Positions 1 through 9,272 of a stretch of DNA of 53,786 bases are shown here, piece after piece. The position numbers and the translations under genes are program-made. A model generated the notes under the pieces. The model made no database searches and was not told the origin of the DNA. It worked only from the letters and a program-made list of their open reading frames with translations. The first letter of the stretch is position 1, and the number at the start of each line of letters is the position of its first letter. Origin of the DNA: Algicola sp. Lineage in GTDB: Bacteria; Bacteroidota; Bacteroidia; Flavobacteriales; Flavobacteriaceae. The stretch spans positions 1 through 53,786 of the forward strand of contig JAAEZL010000005.1 in assembly GCA_018222875.1 (NCBI GenBank), written 5' to 3'.

Positions 1-146
1 CAAATTACAGTCTTTCAGGACGCCTGGTTTCAGGTACGTTTTCTGGAAGTGTTCGAAATTATCAGGAACCTCACGACACTATCCAAATAACAAATGGTCG
101 CTTTGACTTTAAATGGGATTCGTTGGACGAAACCGATTTCAATTAA
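1..146 (+). CDS. 3' end of a lipoprotein gene, paralog of 172..780 (partial, runs off the window)
   Basis: Frame from nt 3 reads NYSLSGRLVSGTFSGSVRNYQEPHDTIQITNGRFDFKWDSLDETDFN*, nearly identical to the C-terminus of 172..780; nt 1-55 match 635-689 exactly. Confidence 0.9.
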   Translation, partial: NYSLSGRLVSGTFSGSVRNYQEPHDTIQITNGRFDFKWDSLDETDFN

Positions 147-171
147 AAATTAACTCTAAAACAACAAACCA

Positions 172-780
172 ATGAAAAATTCAATCTTAATCGTCTTAAT
201 TACAGTATTATGTTTTAGTTGTGGCAATGACGATGCCTTAACAACTAATGAAAGGAGCTTACCTCCAATCACACAAAATGGTGCAAATACGTTCGGTTGT
301 TATATCGACCAGCTTCTTTTTATTCCAAGAAATGGTGACGGTACGTTTAATAATAGTGATCCTGCAGCTTTAGTTTGGGGAGATCCAAGTGGAAATCAAC
401 AATATCAAGAATACGATTTACATGATTATAAAAGCGAACGTACAGCAAGTATATTTCTACATATTCAAGGGTTACATCAAAACGATATTGACACCTACAC
501 CATTAATGAATCAAATGGTTTAACCAGTATTGATGGCTTAGATCACACCTATATGCATTGTCGCGTTTGGCGAGATGATGTAGGCAATTACCAAAATTAT
601 CTATCATATGATAATTCAGGAATCATAACCATTACAAATTACAGTCTTTCAGGACGCCTGGTTTCAGGTACGTTTTCTGGAAGTGTTCGTAACTATCAGG
701 AACCTTATGATACCATCCAAATCCGACAAGGTCGCTTTGACTTTAAATGGGATACGTTAGACGAAACCGATTTTCCATAA
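172..780 (+). CDS. Lipoprotein, DUF6252-like, unknown function
   Basis: Lipobox CFS-C followed by acidic GNDD. The LPPITQNGANTFGC motif and C-terminal GRFD resemble DUF6252-type Bacteroidota lipoproteins (family recalled, not searched). Confidence 0.7.
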   Translation: MKNSILIVLITVLCFSCGNDDALTTNERSLPPITQNGANTFGCYIDQLLFIPRNGDGTFNNSDPAALVWGDPSGNQQYQEYDLHDYKSERTASIFLHIQGLHQNDIDTYTINESNGLTSIDGLDHTYMHCRVWRDDVGNYQNYLSYDNSGIITITNYSLSGRLVSGTFSGSVRNYQEPYDTIQIRQGRFDFKWDTLDETDFP

Positions 781-786
781 CATAAA

Positions 787-814
787 AAAGAGGCAAACTG
801 CCATTTGCCTCTTT
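787..814. terminator. Stem-loop between the lipoprotein and hydrolase genes (possible partial terminator)
   Basis: AAAGAGGCAAA-ctgcca-TTTGCCTCTTT, perfect 11-bp stem; only 3 U on the + strand. Confidence 0.6.
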
Positions 815-861
815 AAATAATTTTAATCAACATCATTTATTAACTAAAATCTCTCAAAATT

Positions 862-3800
862 ATGAAATTTTTTTATGTATTGACAGTAATTATGCTATTA
901 AGTTGTAGCATGATCTCACAGACCAAGCTGGACTCTATGCTGGTCAATGTTAACCAATCCACAGTAACTTCAGGTATTATTTATGAACGTGCTACACAGT
1001 TTGCAAATCTCTACAATTTTAACAAACCAGACTTTTCTGATTCTTCAGATTACAAATACTTCAGACAAGCATTGCATGAATTGCATGCTGCAAGTAATCA
1101 AACCAGACTGATTAACCTTCAGGAACTGGAAAATAGAATTTCAAGCACTACTCAAGACAATCAGGTAGATGTTGCTATTTTAAATTCTCCTTTTCAAATT
1201 CTGAATTACAATTATGAAAACCAAAATGCTGGAGGTCTGCTTTTAAATGAAACCACGCAATTGTTCAGTCAGAATCCAAACAAACCACCTTTCTATTCTT
1301 TGCAAACCACCATAATTGCACCAACAAAATCCATTGTAAAAGGAACAAATGCCATCTTCAAATTTAGTGGTGATTTATACCTAACTAATGGAGGTAACGG
1401 AATAAAGACTTTAACGATTGATTTTGGTTCCACAACCAATTCTATAATTAATAATGGGAACCTCATTACTCAAAATGTAACAATTCCTTATACATCAAGT
1501 GGCACCAAAGAATTCACCTGTTTGGTTACCTTCAACGATAATTCAACCTTAACTACAAAAGGCAATTTCTACTTTCACTACATTCCAAACAATCCATCTG
1601 TGAATACTGTTAACGGACTCTGTACTTCTAGTGATCCAAGAGCACGAGATGAGTTTGTAATTGCCGAAGAACCATTTAAAGGTTATAAAACAGATGATCC
1701 CCGAATATTACCAGAAATTGACTACCGTATTTTTTATGCAGACGAATCCTTTCATTCTGATTTAAATGTGTATAAACCTGTAATTATTATTGACGGTTTC
1801 GATCCTGGTGACAGACGAAAAATTCAGGATTGTGATTGCGAGGAAGATCCAGAGTGTGCATCAGAGAATTTAACAAATGGCGTTTTTGATCCTGACAAGC
1901 ATCGCTCAATGACCGATTTAATGCGATATGAAAATACACTAGGTGAAAATGAAAACATTTTGATGAATTTAAGATCACAAGGCTACGATGTCATAATGGT
2001 CAACCAGCCAACTTACACCACAACAAATATTGACAATAATCAAGAAGTAACTATTGATGGAGGTGCTTATTATATTGAAAGTAATGCGCTTGCTTTAGTA
2101 AAACTCATTAAGGACATAAAACTAAAACTTGCAGAAGTAAATAGCACTGAAGAGATCGCTATTGTCGGTCCGAGTATGGGCGGACAAATTTCAAGATATG
2201 CTTTAGCATACATGGAAAAAAAATTTGCTGAGACCAACGATGAGGACTGGAACCATAACACAGGGTTATGGGTAAGTGTTGACAGTCCTCATCTAGGTGC
2301 AAACATTCCTGCTGGAGACCAAGCACTAATTTATTTGATTAGTTCATTAGGAAACAATGATGATGCCAATAATTTTTATAATAAAGATCTTGGAAGCGTT
2401 GCAGCGAGACAACAATTAATAGAGTTTCATAGAGACGTTCCTAGCCTTCATTCTATAAATGAAAATAACTTAAATGGTAGGGTTATCCCTCAAGGATTTT
2501 CTGCAGACGATGGTTCATTGTATTACAAAACATATTATAATAATCAGGAAGCTAATGGGTTACCTAATTCTCATGGTTATCCACAAAATCTAAGAAAAAT
2601 ATCACTGGTAAATGGTTCATTAACAGGAAAAACCATTGGTCATAACAGTGAAAATGTACTAAACATCAGAGGGTTTCAAAGGGTAAATATTGATTTATTT
2701 GTTGGGTCAATATCGTTTGATGTCCACATCGCTAGCTTAGAAAGTTATTTTATGCCGTCTTATGGTTCTGGTTACAAAAAAATCGCAAGATTTAAAAAAG
2801 GTCCTTTCGAAGATATTACTCATAAATCACCGAACATTAACTCCAGAGACAATATGGACATTGTGCCAGGTGGGTGGTTTGCTGCTCAAAATGATATTGC
2901 AAAATCAATTTTAGGCACAACTCCTATTAACGGAGTAAATGGAAGTTTTTGGGAATTTCCTCTAGATAATATAGCTTATTGGCTCTCTGGTGCTTTAGGA
3001 AGCTCTAGGTTTGAACTCCGTGATTTCAGACCAAACCACTCCTTTATTCCATCATTCTCAGCAATAGCACATAAAAATCCTGATCAAAGTTGGTTAAATC
3101 CTTTAGACTACAACTTGGTTTGTCAAGATGAGACCTATTTTGACAGTTATTTTGGACATGATGAAAATACACAACATACCAGTTTCACAAAGAAAAGTGC
3201 AAAATGGCTATTTGAAGAATTGGCTGGAAATGAACAAAGACCTTATTATCCATTGTTCAATGACGACTTAAAAGGAGATAATGCTTTTTGTGAGAATGAA
3301 ATCAGAACTTTTTATTTTGGTTCATGCAAATTACCTTCAGATCCAACCTGGTATGTTTCAAACAGTTTGGAAATAATAGAAATAGACAATTCAAATTTTA
3401 GTATTAAAGTTAAAGCCATTGGAACTGGAAATGCAAACGTTTCTGCAATCATTGAAGATGGAAGAAGTTTCAGCAAAAATATTTTTATTGGTAAACCTGA
3501 TATTTTTTCAATTGAAAAAGTCAGTAAAATAAAAACCGGACTCACTGATCCTATTGCAGCATTTAGTAGCTGTGACGACATCGCTTTAAAATTAAATATG
3601 TTACCATCAAATGATGAGATTTTAGAAGTTGAATGGCAACAAATTTCAACAAATTTTCAATGGTCAACATCAAATAATGAATATGCCATTATAACTCCTC
3701 ATTGTAATGGAATTATTCACTTTAAGGTAAGGATGAGAAACTATTGTGGATGGTCTGACTGGAAAACCATTAAGTACGATATTGAACATTGTAGTGATGC

Positions 3801-4089
3801 TTGCGCCAAAAATGAGTCAGGCAGTCTCACTAGTGATAATTTTGCCATTTATCCAGTACCAGCAGATACTAGTTTAAACGTAAAATTAACTAACCAGCCT
3901 CCCGGTTTACTACAAAATTCAGAAAGTTTAGAAATAAAACTATTTAACGGTTCTGGATGGATGGTATATGAAGCAAATGCTGTAGCAACCTTAACAACTA
4001 TAGATGTTAGTGGATTGCCCACAGGAGTTTATACTTTAGTGATTATATATGAAGGCGTTGCTGAAAGTCATCAGGTTCTCATTCAATAA
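862..4089 (+). CDS. T9SS-secreted alpha/beta-hydrolase (lipase/esterase-like) with C-terminal sorting domain
   Basis: Signal peptide; KPVIIIDGFDP; nucleophile elbow GPSMGG; DSPHLGA; C-terminal IYPVPA...IDVSGLPTGVYTL typical of a T9SS type A CTD. Confidence 0.8.
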   Translation: MKFFYVLTVIMLLSCSMISQTKLDSMLVNVNQSTVTSGIIYERATQFANLYNFNKPDFSDSSDYKYFRQALHELHAASNQTRLINLQELENRISSTTQDNQVDVAILNSPFQILNYNYENQNAGGLLLNETTQLFSQNPNKPPFYSLQTTIIAPTKSIVKGTNAIFKFSGDLYLTNGGNGIKTLTIDFGSTTNSIINNGNLITQNVTIPYTSSGTKEFTCLVTFNDNSTLTTKGNFYFHYIPNNPSVNTVNGLCTSSDPRARDEFVIAEEPFKGYKTDDPRILPEIDYRIFYADESFHSDLNVYKPVIIIDGFDPGDRRKIQDCDCEEDPECASENLTNGVFDPDKHRSMTDLMRYENTLGENENILMNLRSQGYDVIMVNQPTYTTTNIDNNQEVTIDGGAYYIESNALALVKLIKDIKLKLAEVNSTEEIAIVGPSMGGQISRYALAYMEKKFAETNDEDWNHNTGLWVSVDSPHLGANIPAGDQALIYLISSLGNNDDANNFYNKDLGSVAARQQLIEFHRDVPSLHSINENNLNGRVIPQGFSADDGSLYYKTYYNNQEANGLPNSHGYPQNLRKISLVNGSLTGKTIGHNSENVLNIRGFQRVNIDLFVGSISFDVHIASLESYFMPSYGSGYKKIARFKKGPFEDITHKSPNINSRDNMDIVPGGWFAAQNDIAKSILGTTPINGVNGSFWEFPLDNIAYWLSGALGSSRFELRDFRPNHSFIPSFSAIAHKNPDQSWLNPLDYNLVCQDETYFDSYFGHDENTQHTSFTKKSAKWLFEELAGNEQRPYYPLFNDDLKGDNAFCENEIRTFYFGSCKLPSDPTWYVSNSLEIIEIDNSNFSIKVKAIGTGNANVSAIIEDGRSFSKNIFIGKPDIFSIEKVSKIKTGLTDPIAAFSSCDDIALKLNMLPSNDEILEVEWQQISTNFQWSTSNNEYAIITPHCNGIIHFKVRMRNYCGWSDWKTIKYDIEHCSDACAKNESGSLTSDNFAIYPVPADTSLNVKLTNQPPGLLQNSESLEIKLFNGSGWMVYEANAVATLTTIDVSGLPTGVYTLVIIYEGVAESHQVLIQ

Positions 4090-4093
4090 AATT

Positions 4094-4122
4094 AAAAAAG
4101 CGCCAATTGGCGCTTTTTTTTT
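4094..4122. terminator. Bidirectional intrinsic terminator
   Basis: AAAAAAGCGCC-aatt-GGCGCTTTTTT palindrome with A/T tracts on both sides, between convergent genes. Confidence 0.9.
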
Positions 4123-4134
4123 AAACTTATTTAT

Positions 4135-4986
4135 CTAATTTAAAATAATACCAATCACATTTCCATTATTTGTAGTAAATGTAGCTTGGTTATCACAATC
4201 TCCATCTCCAAAATCAAAAGTTCCACCAAAAAATGTACGTTGAACATCTACACTACCACTTACAAAATAACTACAAACCACTTCGCGTCTCAAGGGTGTT
4301 AAAACATCATAGGTATGTGTATTACCATTCACGAATGTTGTTGTCCAGTTTCCGGTAACTTCAAAAACATTATCACTAAAATCGCCACTCCCAAATCCTT
4401 CAATCCATTCTCTAACTTTCATTCCTGCTCTACTCGCTTGAACTCCGTTTGGCCAAATAACTGTAAAACCTAAAGTATGTGTAAATTGCGGATTGCCATT
4501 ATCGTTTGACAACTGTCGTAAAATCGTACTGCTACCAATAACTTGTTTAGCATCAAAATAGTAATCAATTAATTGATAACTTATCAATGTTTCTTGATTT
4601 TCTATATCTCTAGTGTATGAGAACACAATTTGTCCTTGTATAAGATGTCCATTTATTACACAACCTTCAGATCCAAAATCTAAAGTTACCTCTCTAAATC
4701 CTTGCTGAGCTACAACAGTTATAGTTACACAATCTGGTATCATAGAATTTGAGTCATTTGCTAATCTATCCAGACTTTCATTTTCCTCAGCTTCAAAGAC
4801 ATCAATAATAATATCACTTAATGTTTCACTAGCAACATCTACCTCAGCTGCTCGTCTCAATTCAGTTGTGTCTTCACTTTGTTCTTCATTCCCAGCATTA
4901 CTATCTTCGTTGCTACAACTCGCAAACACTATTAACGATGCAGCTAAGGCTATAAGATTCCGACTTAAAATTTTACTTGTAATCAT
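4135..4986 (-). CDS. Lipoprotein of unknown function
   Basis: Lipobox FAS-C followed by acidic SNEDS; beta-rich; Cys motifs PDC, DFGSEGC, DFGDGDCDN. Confidence 0.8.
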   Translation of the reverse strand: MITSKILSRNLIALAASLIVFASCSNEDSNAGNEEQSEDTTELRRAAEVDVASETLSDIIIDVFEAEENESLDRLANDSNSMIPDCVTITVVAQQGFREVTLDFGSEGCVINGHLIQGQIVFSYTRDIENQETLISYQLIDYYFDAKQVIGSSTILRQLSNDNGNPQFTHTLGFTVIWPNGVQASRAGMKVREWIEGFGSGDFSDNVFEVTGNWTTTFVNGNTHTYDVLTPLRREVVCSYFVSGSVDVQRTFFGGTFDFGDGDCDNQATFTTNNGNVIGIILN

Positions 4987-5107
4987 GATTTAATTGTTTA
5001 AGAGTTCATATAGTTCTAAGACTGACTCATTTCTAAATGGTTTAATTTTCAAGAAAAAAAAATCAAAAACAATACAATACCAAAACTCATAAATCATTAA
5101 AAATTAC

Positions 5108-5115
5108 TATATTTG
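5108..5115 (+). promoter_or_regulatory. Bacteroidota sigma-A -7 promoter element for rpsO
   Basis: TATATTTG matches TAnnTTTG, 55 nt before the rpsO ATG. Confidence 0.65.
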
Positions 5116-5170
5116 CCGCTTGAAAGAAAAACTTTCAACGTACATAAAAATCATTTACAATAATATTAGC

Positions 5171-5440
5171 ATGTATTTATCAAAAGAAAATAAAGAGAAA
5201 CTCTTTAAAAAACACGGCAAGAACGAGAAAGACACTGGCTCTGCTGAAGGACAAATTGCATTGTTCACAGAACGTATCAACCACTTAACAGAGCACTTAA
5301 AAAGTAATCGTAAAGATTATAATACTGAGCGTTCGTTAGTAAAACTAGTAGGTAAGCGTCGTGCTTTACTTGATTACTTAACTAAGAAAGATATTTTAAG
5401 ATATCGTGCAATAGTTAAAGAATTAGGATTAAGAAAATAA
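5171..5440 (+). CDS. rpsO: 30S ribosomal protein S15
   Basis: 89 aa from ATG 5171 (MYLSKE...DTGSAEGQIALFT...LGLRK); the TTG start at 5120 is probably an extension. Confidence 0.98.
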   Translation: MYLSKENKEKLFKKHGKNEKDTGSAEGQIALFTERINHLTEHLKSNRKDYNTERSLVKLVGKRRALLDYLTKKDILRYRAIVKELGLRK

Positions 5441-5444
5441 TATT

Positions 5445-5470
5445 AAAGAGGCTTCATGCCTCTTTTTTTT
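5445..5470 (+). terminator. Intrinsic terminator after rpsO
   Basis: AAAGAGGC-ttcat-GCCTCTTT followed by a U tract. Confidence 0.85.
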
Positions 5471-5520
5471 ATATAACAACTCTTACGAATGAGTATAACA
5501 GTCGTAAATAAGAAGCTAAA

Positions 5521-5539
5521 TCCTGAATCAAATTCAGGA
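5521..5539. other. Short hairpin in the pnp leader
   Basis: TCCTGAAT-caa-ATTCAGGA, perfect 8-bp stem with no U tract. Confidence 0.5.
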
Positions 5540-5658
5540 CAAAAAGTTTTTCATTGGTCAAGGTCTTCAAGCCTTATAACAACAACTACAACACAACGAC
5601 CATTGTTTAACAGTGTTCCGACATGTATAAAATTGTCGGAATTAGAATTAAAATTTTT

Positions 5659-7911
5659 ATGATTCCAAAGACATTTAAAGAGGTCATAGACCTTGGTGAC
5701 GGTAGAGAAATTTCTATTGAAACCGGAAAATTAGCAAAACAAGCTCATGGTAGTGTTGTGGTGCAATCTGGAAAGTGTATGTTATTATGTACAGTTGTTT
5801 CCAATTACAAACAATCAGATGTTGATTTTTTACCGTTAACGGTAGATTACAGAGAAAAATTTGCTGCTGCAGGACGTTATCCTGGAGGTTTCTTCAAAAG
5901 AGAAGCGAGACCTAGTGATGGAGAAGTATTAACGATGCGTTTAGTAGATCGTGTTTTACGTCCATTATTCCCAAAAGATTATCATTCTGAAACTCAGGTA
6001 ATGATACAATTAATGTCACATGATGATGATGTTATGCCAGATGCTATGGCAGGTTTAGCTGCTTCAGCGGCTATTCAGTTATCAGATTTTCCATTTGAGT
6101 GCCCGATTTCTGAAGCAAGAGTTGGTCGTGTAAATGGTGAATTTGTTATCAACCCAACACGCTCACAATTATTAGAATCTGACATCGATATGATGATTGG
6201 TGCTTCGGCTGATTCAGTAATGATGGTTGAAGGTGAAATGGATGAGATTTCTGAAGAAGAAATGACTGAAGCTATCAAATTTGCCCATGAAGCCATTAAA
6301 GTACAATGTGCTGCGCAAGTTAAATTAGCTGAAGCATTCGGCAAAAAAGATGTTCGTGAATATGAGCCAGAAAGAGAAGATGAAGATTTGGCGAAGAAAA
6401 TTCACGATATGGCTTATGATAAAGTATATGCTGTAGCAAAATCAGGTTCTTCTAAGCAAGAAAGAGGTGCCGCATTTGCTGAAATAAAAGAAGAAATTAA
6501 AGCTACTTTTTCTGAAGAGGAATTGGAAGATATTGGTGGATTGATTTCTAAATATTACAGTAAAGCTGAAAAAGCTGCTGTTAGAGATTTAACATTAAAC
6601 GAAGGTTTACGTTTAGATGGACGTAAAACAACAGACATCAGACCTATCTGGTGTGAGGTCGATTATTTACCATCAACACATGGATCTGCAATTTTTACAC
6701 GTGGAGAAACTCAAGCATTAGCAACAGTAACCCTGGGCACGAGTAGAGAAGCAAACCAAATAGACATGCCATCTTTTGAAGGTGAAGAGCGTTTCTATTT
6801 ACATTATAACTTCCCTCCTTTTTCAACTGGAGAAGCAAGACCTATTCGTGGAACGTCACGTCGTGAAGTAGGACATGGTAACTTAGCACAACGCGCATTA
6901 AAAGGTATGGTTCCTGAGGATTGTCCTTACACAGTACGTGTGGTTTCTGAAGTTTTAGAATCTAATGGTTCGTCTTCTATGGCAACGGTTTGTTCTGGAA
7001 CAATGGCACTCATGGATGCTGGTGTACAATTAAAGAAACCTGTTTCTGGAATTGCTATGGGATTAATTTCTGATGCTGATTCTGGAAAATATGCTGTATT
7101 ATCTGATATCTTAGGTGATGAAGATCATTTAGGTGATATGGATTTTAAAGTGACAGGAACTGCAGATGGTATTACAGCTTGCCAGATGGATATTAAAGTA
7201 AAAGGATTAAGCTACGAGATTTTAGTGAATGCCTTAAAGCAAGCTCGTGATGGTCGTTTACACATTTTAGAAAAACTGACAGATACTATCGCTGCACCTA
7301 ATACAGAGGTTAAAGAACACGCACCAACAATGGTGACAAGACGTATTCCTAACGAATTTATTGGTGCACTAATTGGTCCTGGTGGAAAAGTAATTCAAGA
7401 ATTACAAAAAGAAACAGATACTACTATTGTTATCAATGAAGATCCTGTAACAGAAGAAGGTATTGTTGAAGTTCTTGGTGTTGGTAAAAAAGGAATCGAA
7501 GCTGTTATGGCAAAAATTGATTCTTTATTATTTAAGCCGGAAGTTGGAAGCGTATATGAAGTCAAAGTAATCAAGATGTTAGATTTTGGTGCTGTAGTTG
7601 AATACACTGAAGCTCCAGGAAATGAAGTCTTATTACACGTAAGTGAATTGGCTTGGGAACGCACCGAAAACGTATCTGATGTGGTTAACATGGGAGATGT
7701 ATTTGACGTAAAGTATTTTGGAATCGACTCCAGAACACGTAAAGAAAAAGTATCTCGAAAAGCAATTTTACCAAAACCTGAAGGTTTTAAAGAAAGACCA
7801 CCTAGAGATGATAAACGTTCTGGTGGACGTGACAACAGAGGAAGAGATAATCGCGGACGTGATAACAGACGTGATGATCGCAAACCTAGAAATGATAAAA
7901 AAGAAGATTAA
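5659..7911 (+). CDS. pnp: Polyribonucleotide nucleotidyltransferase (PNPase)
   Basis: [40 protein letters not shown] (IGPGGK) and S1 domains; follows rpsO; start placed at MIPKT (5659). Confidence 0.98.
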   Translation: MIPKTFKEVIDLGDGREISIETGKLAKQAHGSVVVQSGKCMLLCTVVSNYKQSDVDFLPLTVDYREKFAAAGRYPGGFFKREARPSDGEVLTMRLVDRVLRPLFPKDYHSETQVMIQLMSHDDDVMPDAMAGLAASAAIQLSDFPFECPISEARVGRVNGEFVINPTRSQLLESDIDMMIGASADSVMMVEGEMDEISEEEMTEAIKFAHEAIKVQCAAQVKLAEAFGKKDVREYEPEREDEDLAKKIHDMAYDKVYAVAKSGSSKQERGAAFAEIKEEIKATFSEEELEDIGGLISKYYSKAEKAAVRDLTLNEGLRLDGRKTTDIRPIWCEVDYLPSTHGSAIFTRGETQALATVTLGTSREANQIDMPSFEGEERFYLHYNFPPFSTGEARPIRGTSRREVGHGNLAQRALKGMVPEDCPYTVRVVSEVLESNGSSSMATVCSGTMALMDAGVQLKKPVSGIAMGLISDADSGKYAVLSDILGDEDHLGDMDFKVTGTADGITACQMDIKVKGLSYEILVNALKQARDGRLHILEKLTDTIAAPNTEVKEHAPTMVTRRIPNEFIGALIGPGGKVIQELQKETDTTIVINEDPVTEEGIVEVLGVGKKGIEAVMAKIDSLLFKPEVGSVYEVKVIKMLDFGAVVEYTEAPGNEVLLHVSELAWERTENVSDVVNMGDVFDVKYFGIDSRTRKEKVSRKAILPKPEGFKERPPRDDKRSGGRDNRGRDNRGRDNRRDDRKPRNDKKED

Positions 7912-7930
7912 TTATTTCTTTTAAACTAAA

Positions 7931-7966
7931 AAAAAAGCCTCACTATAAATAAGCGAGGCTTTTTTT
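7931..7966 (+). terminator. Intrinsic terminator after pnp
   Basis: AAAAAAGCCTC...GAGGCTTTTTT. Confidence 0.85.
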
Positions 7967-8052
7967 AGTTTTTAACGCAACCTTTTTACAATTCTACAGA
8001 CTACTAATTAGATGACCAACAATATAGTCTTTTATTAAAAAATCTTAATCTT

Positions 8053-8487
8053 ATGAAAAATCTAACTATCTATTTGATTCTATCTTTATTTATTACAATT
8101 GTAATGTCTTGTTCAAACGATGACAATTCACCAGAAACTCCTGCAAATCTCAAAAGTGTAACTGATTGTGAATTAACAATTGAACCTGATACTTTAGTTT
8201 CAATTTGCGCAAATGGGACTGATTTTGCTTCTCGAAATGAAATTATAACTTTTGTATCAACTTTCTACTCAAAAAATGACAGTGCATCTGATACAGAATT
8301 TTTATGGAGTATAGAATCTGGCAGTATGGAAATTATGAATATAGAATACTCAAATGATGAACTTATTGCGAAATCAATAGTTACAATCAAATTTAATTCT
8401 GATTTTTCAGGGAATGGAATTATTCATGTTAATGCAAGTGCTGGTAGTTCTGAGGCGTTTACTGAGCTTTTTATAAGTTTAGAATAG
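8053..8487 (+). CDS. Small lipoprotein of unknown function
   Basis: Hydrophobic N-terminus, lipobox VMS-C followed by SNDDN. Confidence 0.7.
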   Translation: MKNLTIYLILSLFITIVMSCSNDDNSPETPANLKSVTDCELTIEPDTLVSICANGTDFASRNEIITFVSTFYSKNDSASDTEFLWSIESGSMEIMNIEYSNDELIAKSIVTIKFNSDFSGNGIIHVNASAGSSEAFTELFISLE

Positions 8488-8711
8488 ACATAAACATAGC
8501 ATAATAACGTGAATAACTAATAGCTTTTTAATTATAAAATTTAGTGATTGACTATTTTTGAGTTGCTCAGAATTAAACGTTAATTGAACAAGAGTTTACT
8601 TATTTAGAAAAGATCTTGAATTTTCATATTATAAAATTCAGTCAAATAGAATCTAAATAATGTTAGGGCAATCAGGAAATTTTAATACAAACCATTTGTA
8701 AATTATAGCAT

Positions 8712-9272
8712 TTGAACATTGACAAATTAATAAAGCTCTGTAAGAAAAATAACATAAATGCACAAAGTGAATTATATAAATTATATAAAAATTCACTCTA
8801 TTCATTGTGCTTAAAATATTCTAGAAACAAAGAAGATGCTCAAGACACTCTTCAAGAAGGATTTATAATAATTTTTCAAAGTATAAAAAAATATCAAGGT
8901 GTTGGTTCTTTTGAAGGTTGGATGAAACGTATAGTAATCAATAAAGCGATAGATAAGTATAAAAGTGAGAGCTTCATAAATGTTATCGTAAACGAAGAAA
9001 ATCTGCAAGAAAACGACACGCATATCAAAGAATTCAAAATACCTCTTGACAAGATATTAAAACTAATTCAGGAATTACCAAGTAGATATAGACTTATATT
9101 TAACCTTTACGAGTTAGATCATTTTTCACATAAAGAAATCTCGAAAATGCTTTCAATATCAGAGGGCACTTCAAAATCAAATTTGCATAGAGCTAAACTA
9201 ATTCTGAAAGAAAAAATTAGAACTCTAGAAGCATCTAGAATTAACAAAATTAAAATCAGTAATGGAAATTAA
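8712..9272 (+). CDS. ECF-type RNA polymerase sigma factor
   Basis: DAQDTLQEGF, SFEGWMKRIVIN, region 4 SHKEIS..LSISEGTSKSNLHRAK; TTG start. Confidence 0.92.
   Translation: MNIDKLIKLCKKNNINAQSELYKLYKNSLYSLCLKYSRNKEDAQDTLQEGFIIIFQSIKKYQGVGSFEGWMKRIVINKAIDKYKSESFINVIVNEENLQENDTHIKEFKIPLDKILKLIQELPSRYRLIFNLYELDHFSHKEISKMLSISEGTSKSNLHRAKLILKEKIRTLEASRINKIKISNGN

Noticed and set aside
862-921. Lipobox (LLS-C) in the hydrolase
   Set aside because: The T9SS CTD and a plausible SPI site before Gln (MIS-Q) fit a secreted cargo better; not fully excluded.
5120-5658. Longer ORF-track starts for rpsO (5120) and pnp (5623); likewise 15268, 32741 and 42184
   Set aside because: The extensions overlap promoter elements or neighbouring genes, or precede the recognisable N-terminus or signal peptide.
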